From NCBI GenBank assembly GCA_006844765.1, contig SPJV01000098.1:26656-90655 (forward strand): a stretch of 64,000 nt of DNA, read 5' to 3'. Source of the DNA: Alphaproteobacteria bacterium. GTDB lineage: Bacteria > Pseudomonadota > Alphaproteobacteria > UBA8366 > Aestuariispiraceae. The position numbers and the translations under genes are program-made. A model generated the notes under the pieces. That model worked only from the letters and a program-made list of their open reading frames with translations. It was not told the origin of the DNA and ran no database searches. Of this stretch, positions 57,592-64,000 are shown piece after piece (the stretch's first letter is position 1; each line of letters opens with the position of its first letter).

Positions 57592-59402
57592 CTGCTCTTT
57601 TCGGAAAACTGTTTAAGAAATCCCGACGCGCGCCGTCGGGTTCAGAGTTTTCAGAGCGTCGTCGTGCCCAGCGTAACGGACGCATGTCAGCGATTGAGTG
57701 TCCCTCGCCACAGATGGACGGCGTCTTCCGGCAAGCTGTTGAGGTTGGTCGGACCCGGCTGATTATCACCGGTGCCGTGATGAGTGTCGCGTTTTTCGCG
57801 ATTGGCGTCAGGCTGGTCGATTTCGCAGCGCTTGAGCGCCCGCGGGAGCCGCGAACGATCTCAGCGGTCAGTGCTGCGGAGGCGACGAAGGAACGGGCGG
57901 AGATCACGGATCGCAATGGCGTGGTGCTTGCCACCAGCTTGACGACGGTTGGTCTTTCCGCTGACCCGAAACGGATCCTCGACCCGGTTGAAACAGCTGA
58001 GAAACTTTCGCTCGTCCTGCCGGATCTTGATCGTTCGACGATCTTCTCGCGGATAACCAAAGATGCCGGCTTCGTCTGGCTACATCGCCAGTTGACGCCT
58101 CGGCAGCAAGCCGCAGTGAACCGGTTGGGGCTGCCGGGTCTGAATTTCCACTATGACGAAACGCGCGCCTATCCGCAGGGGCATTTGTTCTCTCACATCA
58201 TCGGGTTCACCGATATCGACAATAACGGCCTGTCCGGTGTTGAGAAGTGGTTCGATTCGACCCTGCGGCGTTCCAAAGAACCACTGGCTTTGTCACTGGA
58301 CAGCCGGATGCAGCACGCTGTCCGTCGGGAGCTTTCGAGCGCAATCGATACCTATAGCGCGCTTGGCGGGTCTGCGATTGTGCTGGATGCGAATTCCGCA
58401 GAAGTCATGGCGATGGTTTCTTTGCCGGATTTTGATCCAAACCGTCCGGCGGTCTCTCCCGAAAACAACCTCTTCAACCGCGCAACTCTCGGCGTATATG
58501 AGCTCGGCTCTACCTTCAAAATCTTCAATACCGCAATGGCGTTGGACAGCGGGATCGCGAGTATTGCGGATAGCTATGACGCGCGGGAGCCGATCAAAAT
58601 CTCACGGTTCCGAATTCGCGATTACCACGCTAAGAACCGGGTTCTGACAATTCCTGAAATCTTCATCTATTCGTCCAATATCGGCTCTGCGAAAATGGCG
58701 ATAGAGGTTGGCCCAGCCGGGCAGAAGGAATTCATGAAGAAACTCGGGTTGCTTGATCCCCTGGCGATTGAGCTGCCGGAAAGCGGTAGCCCGCAATATC
58801 CGGACAAATGGAGCCCGATCAGCACCATGACGATCTCTTACGGTCATGGGATCTCGGTCACGCCGTTGCATCTGACGGCTGGTGTCGCGGCGATGGTAAA
58901 TGGTGGGATCCGGCGTGAGCCCAGCTTGGTGAAGCGGACGGAACCCGTGAAAGGCCGCCGGATCCTCGGGCCGGATGTGTCCGACACCATGCGCCGATTG
59001 ATGCGGCTCAACACCTTGGAAGGCTCAGGCGGTCGTGCAGATATTCCGGGCTATCTTGTTGGCGGCAAGACCGGCACAGCGGAGAAACCAGGGACACGGG
59101 GTTATCAACGCAAGGCTTTGATTTCCTCATTCGTCGGGGCCTTTCCGATGAATGATCCTCGTTACATCGTTTATGTGGTGCTGGATGAACCGAAAGGCAC
59201 CAAGGAAACCCACGGTTACGCTACCGGCGGCTGGGTCGCAGCCCCTTCCGTTGGTGCGATCATCGAGGCGATTGCGCCCATGGCGGCAATTTCTCCTCAA
59301 GAAGAGAACGCGCCTTCGGTTCGTCAGGCGCTTGCCTTTGAAATGCCCGAAGTTGATCCGAAAAAGAATCGTCGGGTCGCCGCCGCTTTCGGTGCGGACT
59401 GA
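57588..59402 (+). CDS. ftsI: Peptidoglycan D,D-transpeptidase FtsI (PBP3)
   Basis: The transpeptidase motifs are STFK (ELGSTFKIF), SSN (YSSNIG) and KTGT (GGKTGTAEK). Confidence 0.9.
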   Translation: MTALFGKLFKKSRRAPSGSEFSERRRAQRNGRMSAIECPSPQMDGVFRQAVEVGRTRLIITGAVMSVAFFAIGVRLVDFAALERPREPRTISAVSAAEATKERAEITDRNGVVLATSLTTVGLSADPKRILDPVETAEKLSLVLPDLDRSTIFSRITKDAGFVWLHRQLTPRQQAAVNRLGLPGLNFHYDETRAYPQGHLFSHIIGFTDIDNNGLSGVEKWFDSTLRRSKEPLALSLDSRMQHAVRRELSSAIDTYSALGGSAIVLDANSAEVMAMVSLPDFDPNRPAVSPENNLFNRATLGVYELGSTFKIFNTAMALDSGIASIADSYDAREPIKISRFRIRDYHAKNRVLTIPEIFIYSSNIGSAKMAIEVGPAGQKEFMKKLGLLDPLAIELPESGSPQYPDKWSPISTMTISYGHGISVTPLHLTAGVAAMVNGGIRREPSLVKRTEPVKGRRILGPDVSDTMRRLMRLNTLEGSGGRADIPGYLVGGKTGTAEKPGTRGYQRKALISSFVGAFPMNDPRYIVYVVLDEPKGTKETHGYATGGWVAAPSVGAIIEAIAPMAAISPQEENAPSVRQALAFEMPEVDPKKNRRVAAAFGAD

Positions 59403-59434
59403 ACGACAAAAGGAGTGAGGTAAAAAGAACGGAA

Positions 59435-60880
59435 ATGGTGGACGCGAAAGATCTACTCGCAAACCTGCCAATCACGGGCCTTACAGCGGACAGCAGAGAT
59501 GTCCGTCCAGGCTATCTTTTTGCCGCATTGCCGGGCAGCCAGGTCGATGGCGTTGCCTTTATCCCGCAGGCTTTGGACAAAGGAGCCATTGCGGTTCTTG
59601 CCCCGCCGAGTGTAACGGAAGCCGATTTGGGAGGCCGCGCGGCCTTGATCCGGGATGAGAACCCGCGCCGCCGATTTGCCAGGCTTGCCGCGCGGTATTT
59701 TGATCGTCAACCAAGTGTCATGGTGGGTGTGACCGGGACTAATGGGAAAAGCTCCGTTGTAACCTTTGCCCGTCAGCTTTGGGCACATGCCGGTTTGAAG
59801 GCAGCCAGTATAGGAACGCTCGGCATAGAAGGTCCCGGCTATGAAGGGGGCGGCGGTTTGACGTCGCCTGAGCCTGCAGCGTTGCACGCCGCGCTAGCCG
59901 AAATGGCGGGTAAGGGGATCGATCACGCGGCCATTGAGGTATCCAGCCACGGGCTCGACCAGCACCGCGTGGACGGGGTGCGCTTCCAGGCGACAGCGTT
60001 CACAAATCTTTCCCGCGATCACCTTGATTATCATAAGACGATGGAAGCCTATCGCGCGGCCAAGTTTCGGTTGTTCGATGAACTTCTGCCGGAAACTGGT
60101 GTGGCGGTACTGAATGCGGGCAGCGAAGAATATCCGGCGCTGGCTGATCTCTGTCGGGGACGAGGATTGTCCGCACTGTCCTATGGCATTCGCGCTGGCG
60201 ATATCCATTGCCCGAAAGCAGAAACCATGGGCGATGGGTTCGAGCTGGAACTTTCTATTCATGGTGAGCGGCATAAGGCGGATCTGCCGCTTCCCGGCGC
60301 GTTTCAGGTGGAAAACATTCTGGCCGCTCTCGGACTCTATGTTTCGACCGGCGGGCGGGCTGGAATCGCCTGTGAGAATCTAAGCCGCCTCACTGGGGTG
60401 CGCGGCCGACTTCAGTTGGCCGCACGTACGCGCCACGGCGCCCGCGTTTATGTAGACTACGCCCATACACCGGGTGCGATGGAAACTGTTCTAAAGGCGT
60501 TGCGGCCTCATGTGTCGGGGCGCCTATGCATTGTATTCGGCGCGGGCGGCGATCGTGATCCAGGAAAGCGTCCAATGATGGGCGCGGTTGCTAAGGATTT
60601 CGCGGACTTCGCCATCGTGACGGACGACAATCCCCGTACAGAGGAGCCGGCGGAGATTCGGCGCCAAGTCATGGCTGCCTGCCCTGACGCCGTCGATATC
60701 GGCGACCGGCGCCTGGCGATCTGGGAAGCTATGAAGCAATTGAAATCCGGTGACGTTCTTGTCGTTGCCGGCAAAGGGCATGAACCGGGTCAGTCCATTG
60801 GCGGGAAAGTCCTGCCCTTCGACGATGTGTCGGAGGTTGAGGCTGCCCTTACCGATCTGGAAAGAGGGGGCGCGGCATGA
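59435..60880 (+). CDS. murE: UDP-N-acetylmuramoyl-L-alanyl-D-glutamate--2,6-diaminopimelate ligase
   Basis: LTADSRDVRPGYLFAAL and GVTGTNGKSS are present. The DNPR motif (VTDDNPRTEEP) is diagnostic for meso-DAP-adding MurE. Confidence 0.95.
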   Translation: MVDAKDLLANLPITGLTADSRDVRPGYLFAALPGSQVDGVAFIPQALDKGAIAVLAPPSVTEADLGGRAALIRDENPRRRFARLAARYFDRQPSVMVGVTGTNGKSSVVTFARQLWAHAGLKAASIGTLGIEGPGYEGGGGLTSPEPAALHAALAEMAGKGIDHAAIEVSSHGLDQHRVDGVRFQATAFTNLSRDHLDYHKTMEAYRAAKFRLFDELLPETGVAVLNAGSEEYPALADLCRGRGLSALSYGIRAGDIHCPKAETMGDGFELELSIHGERHKADLPLPGAFQVENILAALGLYVSTGGRAGIACENLSRLTGVRGRLQLAARTRHGARVYVDYAHTPGAMETVLKALRPHVSGRLCIVFGAGGDRDPGKRPMMGAVAKDFADFAIVTDDNPRTEEPAEIRRQVMAACPDAVDIGDRRLAIWEAMKQLKSGDVLVVAGKGHEPGQSIGGKVLPFDDVSEVEAALTDLERGGAA

Positions 60881-62277
60881 CCGAACAACGCCCGATCCTT
60901 TGGAGTGCGGCGGAAGTGGGCCGTGCACTCGGCTTTCCTGGGGAGGCCGGGGGTTGGGCGGCGCGGGGTGTCTCCATCGATAGCCGCTCGGTTGAGCCTG
61001 GTGACCTGTTCATCGCGTTGTCGGGCCCCAATCATGACGGCAATGACTATGTTGCAGATGCGCTTGCAAAAGGTGCTGTGGCGGCAATTGCAAGCCGTGA
61101 TGATGGGTTGTCTCCTGTCCTGGTCGTTTCGGATACGATGGAAGCATTAGAGACGCTCGCCCTTACTGCACGCGACAGAAGCAACGCACGGATTGCGGCT
61201 GTGACGGGTTCTGTTGGCAAGACGGGTACCAAGGAAACGCTGGCCTTGGCGCTTGGCAAGTTGGGGCGCGTGCACAAGACGACGGGGAACCTCAACAATC
61301 ACATCGGATTGCCACTGACGCTTTGTCGGATGCCGGCAGATACCGAGTTTGGTGTCTTTGAGCTGGGCATGAACCATGCCGGTGAGCTTACCGATTTGTC
61401 GCGAATGCTGAGGCCGGATGTCTCTATCATCACAACGGTAGAGGCGGTGCATCTGGAATTCTTCGATGGCATCGAAGCAATCTGCGACGCCAAATGTGAG
61501 ATATTCAAAGGGATGGATGCCGCCGGGGCAGCCGTGATCAATGCTGACCATCCATTACAAGCACGAATGGTCGCCGCAGCGCGCTCCATGGGCATCACAC
61601 GGATCCTTGATTTCGGCACGAAGCCGGATACATCGGTGCGGTTGATTGATCATTCGCTCTATGCGGCTTGCAGTGCCGTGACAGCGGAAGTTGATGGACA
61701 GATCATCGATTACTGTCTGGGGGCGCCCGGGATTCATTGGGTGATGAACAGCCTGTCGGTCCTGGCGGCGGTTAAGGCCCTTGGCGCCGATCCAGTCGCG
61801 ACATCTGCCGCCTTCTCAGAAATTCGCGCACCGAGAGGGCGCGGGGCCTTGATCCGAGTGCCGCTTGGCGGTGATGCGCATATTTCAATGGTCGATGAAA
61901 GCTATAACGCAAGCCCGGCATCTGTGCGGGCTGCTATCTCCGTTCTTGCAAATGCGAAGCCGGGTCCGGGCGGTAAACGGGTTCTTGTCCTGGGCGATAT
62001 GTTGGAGCTTGGCCCTGAGGCCGAAGCGCTGCATGTGTCCCTGCGCGATGACATTGAGGCTTCGGATATCGATGTCGTTCACTGCTGTGGACCGAACATG
62101 ACTGCGCTGCACAAGGCTTTGCCGGAAAAGGTTCAGGGCTGCAGTGCGATGGAAAGCGCGGATTTGGCGGGCGCTGTCGCAGCATCTTTGGGGGCGGGTG
62201 ACCTCATCACGGTCAAAGGATCGCTTGGGAGCCGCATGGCTGCCGTCGTTTCGGCAATCGAAGCGCTGGGCGAATAG
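60877..62277 (+). CDS. murF: UDP-N-acetylmuramoyl-tripeptide--D-alanyl-D-alanine ligase
   Basis: Conserved segments are VSIDSRSVEPGDLFIAL, AVTGSVGKTGTKE and DESYNASP. Confidence 0.9.
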   Translation: MTEQRPILWSAAEVGRALGFPGEAGGWAARGVSIDSRSVEPGDLFIALSGPNHDGNDYVADALAKGAVAAIASRDDGLSPVLVVSDTMEALETLALTARDRSNARIAAVTGSVGKTGTKETLALALGKLGRVHKTTGNLNNHIGLPLTLCRMPADTEFGVFELGMNHAGELTDLSRMLRPDVSIITTVEAVHLEFFDGIEAICDAKCEIFKGMDAAGAAVINADHPLQARMVAAARSMGITRILDFGTKPDTSVRLIDHSLYAACSAVTAEVDGQIIDYCLGAPGIHWVMNSLSVLAAVKALGADPVATSAAFSEIRAPRGRGALIRVPLGGDAHISMVDESYNASPASVRAAISVLANAKPGPGGKRVLVLGDMLELGPEAEALHVSLRDDIEASDIDVVHCCGPNMTALHKALPEKVQGCSAMESADLAGAVAASLGAGDLITVKGSLGSRMAAVVSAIEALGE

Positions 62278-62291
62278 GGGGATATCGATAA

Positions 62292-63377
62292 ATGTTGCAC
62301 AGCCTACTTTCCCCCCTTGCCGAAGACATGCAGTTCTTCAACCTGTTCCGTTATCTGACATTCCGGACCGGCGGCGCAGTGATGACCGCCTTGTTGATCA
62401 GCTTCCTGCTGGGGCCGCGCGTGATCGATTGGCTGAAGTCCAAACAGGGCGGCGCCAGCAATATTCGCGAAGATGTACCGGACACGCATTTGAAGAAGGC
62501 TGGGACGCCGACCATGGGTGGGTTCCTGATCTTGGTCGCCCTGGTCGGCTCGACACTGCTGTGGTCCGATCTGTCCAATCCCTATGTCTGGATTGTGATG
62601 ATGGTGACGCTTGGGTTCGGTGGGATCGGCTTTGCGGATGACTATCTGAAGCTAACCAAGCGGAATTCTAAAGGCCTGCCCGGACGGTTGAAGCTTCTGG
62701 GCCAGACTGTGATTGGAATTTCGGCGGCCTATTGGTTCGTGGCAGTAACGCCGGAGCCACTATCGACCAGCTTGAGCCTCCCCTTCTTCAAGGATGTGTT
62801 GGTACAGCTCAGCTGGTTCTTCATTCCCTTCGCCTTGTTTGTCATGGTCGGTGCGTCCAACGCGGTGAACCTGACGGACGGTTTGGACGGCCTTGCGATT
62901 GTGCCGGTGATGATTGCAGCCGCCTGCTTTGGGTTCATAGCCTATCTGGTCGGTAACTCGGTCTATGCGGGCTATCTGCAAATCAACTACATCGCCGGAA
63001 CGGGCGAACTCTCCGTCATTTGCGGGGCGATCCTGGGCGCCGGGTTAGGTTTCCTTTGGTACAATGCACCACCGGCAATGGTCTTTATGGGCGACACAGG
63101 TTCGCTGTCCCTCGGCGGGACCTTGGGCGCCATGAGCGTGATTACCAAGCATGAGATTGTGCTCGCCATCATCGGCGGCCTGTTCGTGTTGGAAACCGTA
63201 TCTGTCATCGTCCAAGTGCTGTCCTTCAAGCTGACCGGCAAGCGCGTTTTCGCCATGGCACCTTTGCACCATCACTTCGAAAAGAAGGGCTGGGCGGAGC
63301 CCACTATCGTTATTCGTTTCTGGATCATTGCCGCGATTTTGGCGCTGATCGGCCTATCAACCTTGAAGCTGAGATAG
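62292..63377 (+). CDS. mraY: Phospho-N-acetylmuramoyl-pentapeptide transferase
   Basis: Conserved segments are [30 protein letters not shown] and PLHHHFE. Confidence 0.95.
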   Translation: MLHSLLSPLAEDMQFFNLFRYLTFRTGGAVMTALLISFLLGPRVIDWLKSKQGGASNIREDVPDTHLKKAGTPTMGGFLILVALVGSTLLWSDLSNPYVWIVMMVTLGFGGIGFADDYLKLTKRNSKGLPGRLKLLGQTVIGISAAYWFVAVTPEPLSTSLSLPFFKDVLVQLSWFFIPFALFVMVGASNAVNLTDGLDGLAIVPVMIAAACFGFIAYLVGNSVYAGYLQINYIAGTGELSVICGAILGAGLGFLWYNAPPAMVFMGDTGSLSLGGTLGAMSVITKHEIVLAIIGGLFVLETVSVIVQVLSFKLTGKRVFAMAPLHHHFEKKGWAEPTIVIRFWIIAAILALIGLSTLKLR

Positions 63378-63387
63378 GGCGAAGCGG

Positions 63388-64000
63388 ATGACGATCACGG
63401 TTGATAGATATGCTGGAAAGCGAGTCTGGGTCGTTGGCCTGGGCCGGTCCGGCTTGTCGACAGCCAAGGCGTTGGCTCAAGGGCACGCGGATGTCCTTTG
63501 CTGGGACGATAACCCCAAAACGCGGGAAGTTGCAGAAGCAGCCGGCTTCACCCTGTCCGACCCGACCGCAGTTGATGCGTTGAACGACGCTGTTGCCTTG
63601 TTCCTGTCCCCGGGAATTCCGCATACCTATCCGACACCTCACCCTGCAGCGGCGGCGGCTAAGCAAGCCAGATTGCCAATCTTGGGCGATGTCGAACTGT
63701 TGCTGAAGACTGTTCCCGAAACGCGCGTTGTCGCAATCACCGGCACGAACGGTAAATCCACAACGACAGCGCTGATCGGGCATGTCCTGAAAGAAGCGGG
63801 CCGAAAGGTCGCCGTTGGTGGCAATCTCGGCTACCCGGTTCTGGATCTGCCGAAGCTCGAAGAAGACGGCATCTATGTTCTGGAGCTTTCGTCCTACCAA
63901 CTGGAGCTTTGCCCTGAAGCAAGTTTCGATATCGCTGTCCTACTGAATATCGGGAACGATCATCTCGACAGGCATGGTGGTATGGATGGCTATGTCGCGG
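63388..64000 (+). CDS. murD: UDP-N-acetylmuramoylalanine--D-glutamate ligase, N-terminal part (continues past the window end)
   Basis: I translated this by hand from the ATG at 63388: MTITVDRYAGKRVWVVGLGRSGLSTAKAL...VVAITGTNGKSTTTALIGHVL...LELSSYQLE. The frame is open to the window edge, so it is absent from the ORF track. Confidence 0.9.
   Translation, partial: MTITVDRYAGKRVWVVGLGRSGLSTAKALAQGHADVLCWDDNPKTREVAEAAGFTLSDPTAVDALNDAVALFLSPGIPHTYPTPHPAAAAAKQARLPILGDVELLLKTVPETRVVAITGTNGKSTTTALIGHVLKEAGRKVAVGGNLGYPVLDLPKLEEDGIYVLELSSYQLELCPEASFDIAVLLNIGNDHLDRHGGMDGYVA

Overview
The window looks like core chromosome of a moderately GC-rich, probably alphaproteobacterial genome. That assignment is an inference from gene content and synteny: glyQ-glyS-ppdK, aroQ-accB-accC, lipB next to tRNA-Leu, and mraZ-rsmH-ftsL-ftsI-murE-murF-mraY-murD. 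I can support about 60 CDS and one tRNA-Leu(GAG). I saw no rRNA, CRISPR array, transposase or integrase.

Layout:
- 1-7.6 kb: tyrS (3' part), an OYE-type flavoenzyme, flagellar locus 1 (flhF, flhG, a FliK-like protein, a coupled orphan ORF), and a di-iron protein.
- 7.7-13.5 kb: a CHASE2 nucleotide cyclase, a GAF-HD-GYP phosphodiesterase, an SDR and an NTF2-like protein.
- 13.8-19.7 kb: lipB, tRNA-Leu, maeB, mgtE and an EamA transporter.
- 19.7-37.5 kb: an unknown gene, a 2OG oxygenase, GNAT, ppdK, glyS, glyQ, sppA, a methyltransferase, ispB, aat, accC, accB, aroQ, a dehydrogenase, a DMT transporter, HxlR and a peroxiredoxin.
- 37.8-43.2 kb: a trimethylamine-dehydrogenase-like flavoprotein, an AT-rich islet with two exported unknown proteins, and aguA.
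- 43.4-49.2 kb: an ATP-site-degenerate HisKA protein, two single-domain receivers, flagellar locus 2 (fliQ, fliR, flhB) and a hybrid histidine kinase.
- 49.4-64 kb: recA, a TetR regulator with a split ComDE-like TPP decarboxylase, a periplasmic caspase-FGE fusion protein, and the dcw cluster.

Nothing here is an unambiguous new system. The candidates I would look at first are:
1. A possible phosphorelay wrapped around fliQR-flhB that uses a pseudo-kinase as the phosphotransfer step.
2. The caspase-FGE protein with its small upstream ORF.
3. The AT-rich two-gene exported-protein islet.
4. A 76-nt direct repeat that starts inside the 3' end of tRNA-Leu.
5. Two sigma54-type promoters, one of which links an uncharacterised gene to the flagellar regulon.
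6. An orphan ORF translationally coupled to the FliK-like gene.

All functional calls come from reading motifs in the supplied translations. No database search was run.
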